A stretch of DNA of 60,675 nucleotides, the filler included, from Sluysia triapertura (taxonomy: Eukaryota): the NCBI GenBank assembly GCA_046118255.1. It is 4 parts of 4 records of this genome, joined end to end, with 100 filler letters (N's around TTAATTAATTAA, not from the genome) between each part and the next. Parts side by side here need not be neighbours in the genome. Positions count along the whole stretch, not along the records: positions 1 to 15,685 come from JBJNIA010221467.1; positions 15,786 to 28,856 come from JBJNIA010062090.1; 2 more parts are not named here. One strand, 5' to 3'. Positions within the stretch are counted from its first letter, which is position 1; each line of letters begins with the position of its first letter. Below are positions 12,043-24,000 of the stretch, in pieces. The notes below the pieces were generated by a model, which ran no database searches, was not told the DNA's origin, and was given only the letters and a program-made list of their open reading frames with translations. The position numbers were made by a program, and so were the translations under genes.

Positions 12043-12849
12043 CTAAATGATTATATTTTATCAGTTACGAATAAAATTTAGGACTAATATAATAATAAAA
12101 ATAAAAATAATTGTAATTATAATTATAATTATAATAATAATTATTATTATAGACATTTTGCGAAATATCAGAGGTTAAAACGAATATAAAATAAATGATA
12201 TCAAAAAATTGATAATACGGAATGAATACTTAAATTAGAGTATAAGAGTGCACATTCTTTAAATTTTGTGTAAAATTACTTTGAAATACACGTTGAAAAA
12301 CATTGTTTTAGTCAAACAAGTGATATTTTCTTTTAAAGTAGCTGTTTTTGAATTACACAGCAAATAATGATTATGTAGAATACTGACGCATCATAAAATT
12401 CTTTGCTTTCAAGTAATCTCCAAGCTAAGTGAAAACTGAACTTATAATAAAACAATACATAATTAGATAAGCAAGCAACTGATGTCAAGCTTCGACCGTC
12501 TAATGATAAATACTATTCACAACTTGATCTAAAAGCATTCCTCTAAGACAATGTTCCAGTGTACACAGCAACTATGACAACTTAAATAAATCAATAATTG
12601 TGACTCGATTTGTTAAAATATCCTTTCTAAGCAGTTCTGATTTGGTTGCACTGGATTTTTAACCTTCCCAATTATTTGTGAAGTCAACAAATATTCTTGG
12701 ATAATACTTCAAATCTTACTTCAAACATGGATTTTGGATTCAGAACACCGTTAACAAATTATGTCGAATGTGAAGATAAATATATCGAAAAATAAACTTG
12801 CGTGGATGTGTGATTTCTCAAATAAAATTTCTTTGTTAAATAAACTAAA

Positions 12850-13123
12850 AAAATTATTTAATTGCACGATAACGCTACACCATAAACTGCACAAACTACT
12901 GTAGCAAAACTGCAAGAATCACCCTCCACACTCACTAGACCTAGCTGCACAATTTGGACAACTTTTTAATAGGAAAACAATTTAATTCGACAATGCTGTA
13001 AACAAGTCTTCCGGGAATTCATTAACTCTAGATCCGCCTGGGTTTCATTTCACCGGCCTAAATAACCTGCCGCTTAAATGGCAAAAGTGTATAGACAATA
13101 TGGGTGCAAACTTTGATGAATAA
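12850..13123 (+). mobile_element. Mariner (DD34D) transposase 3' fragment in a ZSWIM8 intron
   Basis: LHDNATP*TAQTTVAKLQE, HPPHSLDLA (YSPDLAP motif), NLDNFLIGKQFN, FREFINSRS, GLNNLPLKWQKCIDNMGANFDE*. Internally deleted and frameshifted. Confidence 0.85.
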
Positions 13124-13164
13124 AACGCTTTTTTGCTACATATTTTGAAACACACAAATCTAAC

Positions 13165-13285
13165 CCATAAACAACTGGCCTCGGAACACAAAATCGTTGC
13201 AGAATTTTCGAGATATTATCTCGAATTATAGTATGATCAAAATACCAATTTGGATTATCTTCACTTGATGCACCAGCAGTTAAAT
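13165..13285 (-). CDS. ZSWIM8: ZSWIM8 orthologue, internal exon 1 of 4 seen (absent from the ORF track)
   Basis: (D)LTAGASSEDNPNWYFDHTIIRDNISKILQRFCVPRPVVYG matches ZSWIM8 DPTAGPSASDQSTWYLDESTLTDNIKKTLHKFCGPSPVVFS. Acceptor tgtttag; donor GG|GTTAGA phase 2 joins the next exon in frame. Confidence 0.92.
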
Positions 13286-13797
13286 CTAAACAAAAATTGT
13301 TATATAAAGTATATTTTATATTAACAAAATTAAGTTAATCTATTCATCAAATAATTAAAGCTACACACATTATTAATAAAAATAGCTTTAGTTTATAAAA
13401 TTTATAACGCAAAATGTAAAATGTAAGATATAAATAAGCATGATTTTTTATTCACATTTATCATTAAGTTATGGAAGTTGATAAATTTAACAACTGACCA
13501 TATTACCAAAATTTACCAAATATTTGGTCAAATCTTCACTAAGTTATTAGAAATCAGTGTGATTAGACAACAAATCTTTGCGTGATAAAGTCATGATCGA
13601 TAAATGGATAAAGATTACAAAATTAAATTACGGAATTAAATCGTTTAGAAATCTAATTATAACACTAATTTGTTTTACTTTTTATATTTTTATTTGTTAC
13701 TTTTGGGTTTAAAGTATGTGCTTAAAATATAAATTTCTTTTATTTGATTTAATTGCATATGCCTTTAATACAACTAAATTCTAAGGAAATAAAAAAT

Positions 13798-14572
13798 CAA
13801 TGATGTTTCAAATGTAATCGAATCACACTGTTTTAAATACTATATATGAAGTGATGACGTGCAAATATATACTGAATTTGTAATGAACAACACAGAAAAT
13901 ACGGCTCAAAGAACAGAAGAACTAGTACCTGAATTGATAAAAATTGTTTCGAAATAAATACTCGAAAATGCAGAATTTTTATAATCTTCAGTAATAAAAA
14001 TAGCGACAATACCAAAATAAATGAAGCAAATTTAATTGCAGGCGGTAAGGCACTAGATGCGAAGCAAAAGGTACGAAATATAGGTTGTTATATGGATTCA
14101 AAAATGAACATGTAAGAAAATATTAATTGTATTGTTAAAAAGTTTAAATATCAATTAAATAAAATATCACATATACGAAAATTTATTAATAAAGAAACAG
14201 CTAAACTTATTGTTCATTCATTGATAACTAGCAACATAGATTTTAACAATGGTTTATTATATTCAATTTCATGTAGAAAAGTGAAAAAATTACAATTACT
14301 AATTAATCAGGATTAATTTTCCAAGTGAGAAGATCTCATCTAATACCTTACCTTAAGAAATTACATTATTCCCAATAAAAGCAAAATAAAATTCAAAATC
14401 ATGACTATAATTTACAAATGTTTACATTATGGAGGTCCTGGACATCTTTTCGAAATAATAAAAAATTGGAAACCAAGATGAATATTTCATTGAGACATAA
14501 TGTTGCGTCTTTAGAAATTACCTTACAACAACACAACAGTAACATGAACCATTAATAATGCTTTAAAGATCC
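13798..14572 (+). mobile_element. L2/CR1-clade non-LTR retrotransposon, decayed ORF2 3' part (copy A)
   Basis: Degenerate YADD (YI*SDDVQIY), KVRNIGCYMDSKMNM, HIRKFINKETAKLIVHSLITSNIDFNNGLLY, KKLH..PIKA..KFKI. Colinear with 15786-16700. Confidence 0.85.
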
Positions 14573-15059
14573 ATGCTTTGAGTAATTCTTGAATTCATTT
14601 TATAATTAAAAATATTACTTTGTCGGGATTTTATTAAAATAGTTCTTGTTTATATTTATATTTAATTATTATTACGAAATAATCGTGAATAATTCCTGGT
14701 TTCTTTAGACTGAGTGTTATGTCCTTAGCACTATTATAAACGTTATTGTTAATCTAGTCATTTTAGTCATTTTTAATATTGTTTAGTAGAGATTTATAAT
14801 AATTATTTGTATTTGATTTTTGTTTAATCAGTATTATTGTGTTGTTATTGATTTAATTTTCAAAAGCTTAATTTTGGAGTGAATAATTATTATCAAAGGA
14901 AGATAATTACTGAAAATTTATACTTAATATAGTGACTATTTAAATTATTGAGATTTTATTAAAGTTAATTAAATTGATATAGATTTAGCGAAATTAATTT
15001 TTAAAGACGCAATAAATATCCAGAAAGTTTAAAATAGTAAAGTTAAAAATAAATTGGAC

Positions 15060-15185
15060 GAGTGTCTCCTGCTAAGTTCACTTAAAATCGCGAAAAATAA
15101 AATAATTAATTCAAAATATTTTAAAAATAAACTGAGCAGGGTATCTCCCACAAAGTTGACTTAAAATTGCTAAAAATAAAATAAA
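15060..15185. repeat. Imperfect direct duplication, period ~79 bp
   Basis: gagtgtctcctgctaagttcacttaaaatcgcgaaaaataaaataa versus gggtatctcccacaaagttgacttaaaattgctaaaaataaaataa. Confidence 0.7.
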
Positions 15186-15685
15186 TAGGGCTGGTTGTCA
15201 TCCATATTAATTTATTTCATTAATTTTATTAATTTTATTTCATTAATTTATTTTATTAATTTTATTTCATTTTATTTAAATTAATAAAGTGTTACCATAT
15301 GCATGGATCTTCTGTTCGATGTCTGTTTGTGTGATTGTGTAATTGTGTTGTAAAATTTTTATTTTATGCTCTTTCATTGTCCAATCAATCCCAAGTCTCA
15401 CAATCAAACACTCACATAAATCATCAAACTTCATTACGTACAAAACATAGAAACTTGTTTTATTATCAACCATCACTTTCTTTTACTATACTTAATCTAT
15501 TTTTACTCAAATTACTTCTCAGATTAAAATAACAATCAACAATATTATTAACATGCATAAAAATAATGTATTTAATTTGTTGGGATTAGTGAAGGATAAG
15601 GGTTGATATAAGGGTCAAAACTTAGAATAACAGAATAAGTTGAACGTTATTAAAGAACTAAGATAAGGTATTATGATGAACTGTA

Positions 15686-15785
15686 NNNNNNNNNNNNNNN
15701 NNNNNNNNNNNNNNNNNNNNNNNNNNNNNTTAATTAATTAANNNNNNNNNNNNNNNNNNNNNNNNNNNNNNNNNNNNNNNNNNNN
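15686..15785. other. Artificial contig spacer N44-TTAATTAATTAA-N44
   Basis: Exactly 100 bp. The 12-mer has stops in all six frames and the same spacer recurs twice more. Confidence 0.97.
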
Positions 15786-16700
15786 TCAATGATGTAATCG
15801 AATCATGCGGTTTTAAATACCATACCATGCTGATGACGTGCATATATTTAGAATTTGAAATGAAAATAGATAATAGTATTCAAAGAACAAAAGAACTGGT
15901 ATCTGAATTGATAAAATGGTTTGGAAATAAATACTTGAAAATATATGAAGTCAGAATTTATAATCTTTAGTAATAAAAATAGCTAAAATATCAAAATAAA
16001 TTGAACAAAGTTAATTGTAGGTTGCAAGACACTAGATGCGAAGCAAAAAGTACGAAATATAGGTTGTAATATGGATTCAAAAATGAACATGGAAGAAAAT
16101 ATTAATTGCATTGTTAAAGTCTAAATATCAATTAAATAAAATATCGCATATTCGAAAATTTATTAATAAAACAGCTAAACTTATTGTTCATTCATTGATA
16201 ACTAGAAACATAGATTTTAACAATGCTTTGTTGTACTGAATTTTACATCGAAAAGTGAAAAGGTTACAATTCATAATTAATCAAGCAACAAGACTAATTC
16301 TCCAAGTTGGAATAATATCTTAAAGAATTACATTGGTTGCCAATAAAAGCAAGAATTGAATTTAAAATCATGACAATAATTTACAAATACTTACATTACG
16401 TAAGTTCTGAATATCTTTTAGAAATAATACGAAAATTGGAACAATAATAATTGAGACAATAATCAACCCTTAAGATCCACAGTGATAACAAGCTATGTGA
16501 TAGGTTGCATACTATTTATGTCTCAAACATATACAACCAGTTACCAGATAATGTCAAATTGATGGAAAATTATGAAATATTTAAAAATCAAAGTTCCTTC
16601 TGTTTCAGAAATATTATGGTAAATGATTTACCTTAAGCGCTCTTGAGTACTTTCGCAGTAGATATGAACGCAATATAAATTAATATATTATTATTATTAT
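15786..16700 (+). mobile_element. L2/CR1-clade LINE 3' fragment with 3' end and (ATT)n tail (copy B)
   Basis: HADDVHI, HIRKFINK-TAKLIVHSLITRNIDFNNALLY, LKELHWLPIKARIEFKIMTIIYK. The 3' UTR aagcgctc...gaacgcaatataaat is followed by (tat)n. Confidence 0.9.
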
Positions 16701-17064
16701 TAACACTCAGCCTAAAGATCTTACTGCCTTTAATTGTAAAATTGAATACAAACAAAAAAACTCTAATTGTTTAAAGTCATGTCTTAAAAATTATTGCCAA
16801 TGCTTTGAAAATAAAGTATTGTGTTCAAAATTATGCATACGTAGATGTTTATATGCAACTAGAGATTTTAAAGTTTTGACCTGCTACAAATATTTTCGAA
16901 ATTATTTTAAGATCATATTATACTAAAACCGAATATTATATTTTAATACATATAGTATGGCAATAACATTACAATTCATTCCTTTTACTTGATTATTTTT
17001 CTTTTTCTAAATTAAAATTAAAATTAAAATTTGAGCACAATTAAAATTTCGTTTCATAATTTAC

Positions 17065-18121
17065 CTAAATTCATTCGTTTTTTATGCTTCTTTTTTTTCG
17101 AACGTTTTTCATTTTTCGAGATGCCACTGACTTCAGCTAAAAATAAATATTAAAACATTTAGTACACAAATATTAGCATAAACATTCTAATGTACCAAAT
17201 CAATATTAACCAATTTACTGTAATATAATAATAATATTAATAACTAGTATCTTTTTTTTCTTTGAGAATATCTTTTCCTGCTATATTTTCACTTCTGTTT
17301 ATTAGAATGTTTTCTGAATTAAAAATACATAATTATAAATATAATTTGTATTACCTACTTAGAAAAATGATAATTTTATAGATAACTAATCTTCATCAAA
17401 TAACATATTTGTGATGATAAGATAGAAATAAAAGTTACTAAAACAATATTACGTGGAGAAATGCCATTTTGGCATTTTTCTGCTTCGCTCATTTATTGAT
17501 TTAAAATATTTATTTTAATATTTTACGTTGTGATAAATGAAACACTTTAAATGTCAATAGAATAAAACTGCTCTATCAAGCATTTCAGAGATAATAACTT
17601 CTTATACAAATGATACATAAATTAAGTTACTGAGTAAGTTGTCTAAAGTAGAGCTCAACACTAATTTGACCGTTAATGTTACTGAAAAATACGAATGAAT
17701 GTAAATGCAGGTAAATATAATTTAATATATGTATAACAAAATGATGTATCATTGTAACTGTGCGAAAATGTAAAAATTCAAGCAATTTGAAATATTTTAA
17801 TATAATTTACCTAGACGTCGTTTTTCCTTAAGTTTCTTTAATTTCAATCGTTTCTTTTGACTTTTCGAAAGAATCGGAGATTTATCTAAAATGTCAATTA
17901 ATGTTTATTTTATCAAACATCTACTAATCAATAAATGAAAAATTTACTTTCAGATAAATTAATTACACCTGCATCTTTAGAAATATTCTTTTCATTTTCT
18001 AATGTAATAATAAAATGATTATAATTGTTTTTACTTTCACATTCAACCTTTTTCTTTGTTACATCTTGTTCTTGCGAATTATCTTTTTTTTTCTTTAAGA
18101 CATTTTCCAAGGTTACTTCTT
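17065..18121 (-). CDS. Five small phase-1 exons of an unidentified lysine-rich protein
   Basis: GT-AG bounded exons encoding EEVTLENVLKKKKDNSQEQDVTKKKVECE / NEKNISKDA / KSPILSKSQKKRLKLKKLKEKRRL / NILINRSENIAGKDILKEKKDT / EVSGISKNEKRSKKKKHKKRMNL. All junctions are phase 1, including a 36-nt in-frame intron. Confidence 0.6.
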
Positions 18122-18499
18122 CTGAAAATAAAGATAAAGATAAGAGTGTCTAAATATGCATGAAATGCTATTCGAAATTATCTTATCTTTAAATTTGTTT
18201 AAAAATTTATACTCGTGTAATTTAAGAAAATTGAAATATTTCAGCTCTAAAAGATAATTATTTTTATTATATTACTGATATTAATGAACTATTAAAAAAA
18301 TTTTATTACCTTACAATCAATTAAGTAATATAAATATTTGAAAAATACTGAATTAGTTTGAAAGTTAGGTATTCCAAAAATTTCTTAAATCATATTGAAT
18401 TGATTAAATTAAGTAACAATGAAATAAACTGGAGCAGATAAAAACCAGTGATAATAATTGAAATAATTCTATTGAAAGTATTTCTGAAGAAATCGATAT

Positions 18500-19000
18500 T
18501 AGCAATATAAATATCAAAAGATGATAAACAAAACTTTAGAAGGTTACTTAGTACCTCATATAGCACAAATATACAAAAAATACCTTACGGTGCAATAATT
18601 AAGAAAATTTTAAAATATAAAGAAATTAGAGCAGCTGAACGTGGTGATGACTTTCGTTCTAAACTCAATTCATCGCAAAAGGACTATTTATTAAACTAGG
18701 TAGATGAAAATTGCAACGCTCAAGGAATTGTGCTCTGGATCTTAATATCAATGTTTCTGAAAGCACTGTAGATCGATGTCTAAAATCTTTTCATTATACA
18801 TTAAAAAGAGTGGCACTGGTTTCTACTTCAAGAAACTGAATATGCGTGAATGAAAAAAATTTTATATTTATAAACGAAGCAGGATCTTCTGTGGTTTCAA
18901 GACCTAAAAAAGGACGAAATATTTCTGGACTCTGCTACCATTTCTGTCCCAGCAGCGAGTAGAAATATTTATGTAGTAGCAGCAGTTAACAAATATTTGA
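18500..19000 (+). mobile_element. Decayed IS630/Tc1-type transposase
   Basis: RSKLNSSQKDYLLN*VDENC, NVSESTVDRCLKSFHYTLKRV, FIFINEAGS (first catalytic D motif, degenerate), SRNIYVVAAVNK. Confidence 0.75.
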
Positions 19001-19589
19001 TAAATCAGCATATTTAATCACGACAGTAGTTAATATCGAAATGATTAGGCAGAAGATCAATATCTTATAACTGTAAACTGAATGTGTAACAGTGCCACAC
19101 AAAATAAAATTTCCTTGGAAATTATTGGCTCTTACTACTTTAAAAGTTTAACTGAAAATTAAATATTAATTGCTATATTAAATTTTAAGTGGCTAAAATT
19201 GAAAATTTTACTACTCAGTTTTTCTCTTTATCAATTTCAATTGTTTTGGAATGAATTAGCAAATATGGATGATAGTTGTGCTGTTGTAAGGCCAGACAAA
19301 AATAAAAATCAATTAAATGGCTTTTCAGAAAATATATTCACAAATAAAAATAATCATATTAATAATGTTAATCAATCAAATGAAAATAGCATATCAGAAT
19401 TCAATAACTTGCCTTCCACAAAACAGACATCAACATGACTAAAAATGAGCTTAATTTTAGATTATATTAATTTGTATTCTTACAATGATATGAAATGATC
19501 TTTTCAGCTACAAGTGAATAATTTTTTAACAATATTCGTTAAATCAATACGATTTAATTTCATCAATAACAAATTACAAATAAATTTCA

Positions 19590-21050
19590 TAAAACTAAGT
19601 TAATGCAAATGCAGCGATTCTTAATTTATATTCATCAACATTTTCTGATAATCTCCTATATATGAAAGTTAGAAGTAAATCATGGGTTGGCATGGAGTCT
19701 CTTCATGTAATTTTATCAGGGTTCATGTAACTATGCACATCGTTTGACATATCAATTGCAATAGTTACACTCAATGCACAATGTTAAAATCTAGATTTCA
19801 AATAATCCGAAGTATTTCGAATCTTATATTTGATGTTTATTATTGCTTTACACTTGATTCTATTATTACTTTTATCCTTACTCTATTATCATTTAATTTA
19901 TCATTACTATTATCACAAAAAATTAAATTCCATATAATTACGCAAAACTTCAGCTAAATTGTAATTACACTATATTTGGATCAATAAATGAAAAAATAAA
20001 TAATTGTTTCAATGTAATCATACTTTCTTCCAAAATGTATAGAGAAAAAGAGCCAACCATTTGTGGTTGACGCGTTCATCTTGATACAAATAGCCCAGTG
20101 CCACATACAATTGCCAAACAAAAGATGTTATGATAGATTCAGCGTGCCTAGTTTCGACATTTATCCAGTTTAGAATCGTTGAAATCAAATAATACATTTA
20201 CGTTTTCAAATTTTATACTAAAAATTATATTCTTTAAAAGAATCACTCTTAAAAAATGTCTTTGTGGAGGTCCGATGAAGCAATGTAAATTTTAATAAGA
20301 TCTCTAAAATATGATAACACATCATTAAGTGTTTTTAGTTTATACGGTTTTAAATTCGTTGACTCTATTACTGATTCAAATTCCTCCAGAGTACGTTTTT
20401 GACTGTGTAATAATGACACTTTAAACACTTATTTTATTTAGATAAAGCCTTAACCGTTTTGCCATCATTAGTGAATTTAATAAAAACATAAATAATTAAT
20501 CTTTTATCATCACCACATTCTATGTTCATATCGGTTTTAAAAACAATTATCATACTATGAAAATATCTTATCAAAATATATTTAAAAATTGGTGAATAAA
20601 TTTCAACGGCATGCTGACCATTATTAAAGATACCCATTTTTTCTTATTCATATATTGTTAAAATGTTTCACTTCTGCTAAACCTGTCTGTCAATATCACT
20701 TTAGTATTTCTAAAATTCGTAAATTTTAAAGCATAATCACGTATTTGAATATATAGTCTATCGCATTTAGTAGCATATCGTCATTTCCTAAAATTCAAAG
20801 TACAGCATGAATTCTGGGCAATTTAACATATAATAATAATCAATTCTCTTTACTTCTTGTGCAATAATCATCAACATTAGGTACATAAAATCGATTGATA
20901 AGTTCTAAAAATAATTTTGAAGGTTTTTGAACTTTAGATAAACAGATCTTAATGTAGATAAATGAACCCTTTTTTGAATATGACTATGACTCTAATAATA
21001 TGATATTTGTCAATCTTTTCCAACATTGGCAATTACACACAAAGATCGTA
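19590..21050 (-). pseudogene. Decayed coding-like sequence of unknown family
   Basis: Successive protein-like frames broken by stops, e.g. KLFLELINRFYVPNVDDYCTRS, SLLHSQKRTLEEFESVIESTNLKPY, ESIITSFVWQLYVALGYLYQDERVNH. Confidence 0.3.
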
Positions 21051-24000
21051 AGAATATAAAATACAAAAATTTTTCAACATTTTAAGTTTTTATAGTAAAA
21101 CAAAAGTTATTTAGCATTATTATTAGATATTAAATATAAAATATAATTTTAGAATATTTCATAATCTTTTTCTGAAATATAGAGGCAAATAAAATTAAAA
21201 TATTTATCTATTTACCATAAATGCTTTTGGCTAAGAATATAGTAGTGATAAATGCATGTAAAAAATGGAAATAGTTCATATGATTTGTTTGAAAAACCTA
21301 CAAACTTTCCTTTATTCTTTACAAAACTATTAACTTATAAATGCTAAAATATATGATAGAATGTAAATTAAATTGTTACTCTGTAATTGATAAAATAAAT
21401 AACGAATAATTTCCGTCTAAAATTTATATTTTATTATTAGGTAGTATTTTGTATAAATCGGAAAGATAAATTATAATGCCAAACAATAGAATGATAAAAA
21501 AGAAAAAATGAAAGAAAAATTATAAAATAGAAAGATAGAAAGACAACAATAATGTAATGACAATGTTTTATATATAATAGGAATATCAAATCTTAGATTA
21601 TAGTTGTGCATATGTTATCATTATTTTAGCCGTGAAAGTTTGAGATGTATTAATGCTTCCAAATTTTGTACGTTATTTGTTAATTATGTTAATAATTGTA
21701 CTAGGTTGAGTTGAAATTTGTTTACGAACGACAACTGTAAGTTATGTTTTTCAAAAGTCGAATAGTATTAATAAATGCAAACAATTGTTTAAAATGTTAT
21801 ATTTACTATTTTAAAAGCTATAGTTTGGTAATGAAGGTGTATGAATTTATGTAGTGTTGCGTAATGAGATATTCCTGATGTGTTCAAGATGAAATTTTGT
21901 ACATTTATGTGATGTTGATGAAACAGTATTATCGAAAGTGAAGGACGTTGGTTTTTAATTTTCTAAGTATTTTATGTCTTTATTTTATTGATAATAGTTT
22001 ATTTTTTCTTTAAGGAACGTCTGCTCTCCATTAAACTAAATAAGAAATTAATGCGTCCAGAAAGTCTAAATGAAATTAAAAATAAACATTATTTTATGCT
22101 AACGAAACAAACTATAATCTTAATAAAGTGAATTATCAAATACCCGGCACTCAGGTTGAAATAAATCTAAGTCGAAGCAAATCTCAATTCAAGTGATATT
22201 TATTAAGTCGGAAAGTAAAGTACAAAGAAAAGTTAGTGTCAGTATAGGACTTGACTATAAATACAATGCAATACGAGACAGAAAAATTAAACATTTCTAA
22301 TAATCTAGAACTAAGGCATCCTGACTATAATACTACAAATATACGACACCTTTACCATCAATTAATAATATATGCACAAACCATCTTATATTCAAACTCG
22401 TTCTAAAACATATAGTTCATGCTATTACAATAACTACCATGTTTTATTAACAAAATATAAATTGAATGAAACATTTATTGAAAAGCGGAAAGTCGCCTTA
22501 ACTTTCATCATTCTCTTTTATGTACCGTAAATATCCGTTAATTTATTTATATCGCAATAATCGTAATAATCACACAACAATGCACAAATTTTCTAGAACC
22601 TCAAATACATCTTCAATTTCATTTAATTACCATCATATTATAGCTATTAATGACATTTTCATATTGGTAATTATTTTAATGCCTACTTTAAAATAAGTAA
22701 AATCCTCAAGATAAATTTATTAAATATTATGTTTCTAATTATTTGTCCTATTTATTTTTATCAAAAGATTTGATGTGTTCAAGATCTTTCTGAAAAATTT
22801 TAAAAATTGTATCGTACCTTTTAGTTCATGTTACTTAAGTGTTACAAGCTTATAATGTATCAACTAATTCGATTGTACAAAATGTTATAAAACAAAACAC
22901 TGAATTTAATGTTTCGTTTCGCAGATATAATTCAAATTCAATTATAGTTATCAATGTACAACTTGAAAACAATCGCACTACTTACAGAAAATTTATATGA
23001 AATTGGTTGACACATTATGCGATATCCCGAAATAAAATGTTCACAGCTTTTGTTTAAATTTTAAACATTGCCAACCGTCTGTCATTACACAATGTTTTCA
23101 AAATGTGCTCTTTGCTGATTTTTCTCACTGTAGAAATGAATGCGCTAAGTTATTGCTGCTAATCGAAGTGCAGAATAAAATGTGTAAAATAACCTCGAAT
23201 TTAAATAATATTAAAGTTTATCTTAAATTATGTTGCACATTATCATAAAGAAATTTTAAAATATCCATGTAATGTAATCTATATTTTATTTAAATTAGAA
23301 GATAAAGGACATGCTAAGTTAACGAACATGTTCAAATACTTAAGAAATTTAGTAAAACAAGTGAAATGCTTTGGGAAGAACTTTAACAATACTATTAATG
23401 CACTGCTTAATATATTAAATGAACCTTTATTTTTTATTTATTACAATGATGTACGAGTAATAAATGTTACCTATCAGCTAAAACTATGGATTGTTTATAT
23501 TATTTTAGTTTTCAATGTGTTCATATATTTGTCTTATTGAAACGAGGGTACTTAAAATAATTTCAACTTTAACCGCTAATTACCAAAATACAAATTTTTA
23601 AATGAAAATTTAAATTACAAGCCGCATTCTGACCGCCTCTGGGCTCATTTTACGTTGCGCTAAATTGTATCATCAAAATTAATGATTTCAAATTGATTTT
23701 GAGGACTTTGAGAAGATTTAATTAACTTAAAGTCACAAAACATTTTGTAATTTGTTTCACGTTATATTAAATTCACCAAACCAAACGTCTCTCATTAAAA
23801 TGATGCGAAATCTTAAGCACATACAACTGACGCGTTAAATTCGTATTAGAAATTCAACAAAACATTAAATGTGTTTTTATATGGTAACAAGTCTTTTTCA
23901 AACATATTTGAAATATGTTAGGATCAATTTCTATCAAATGTATGGGATTGTATCAATGCTATATATGCCTGTATTTTTAAAATTATTAATGACTTGATAT

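Noticed and set aside
15276-15476. Minus-strand ORF with a phase-1 donor as the next upstream ZSWIM8 exon
   Set aside because: The phase fits, but the peptide lacks the expected QLQKFAQYLI/ILPTAQRLLDELL motifs.
15730-15741. TTAATTAATTAA palindrome recurring three times as a possible biological motif or repeat array
   Set aside because: It is always centred in exactly 44+44 Ns, so it is an assembly spacer.
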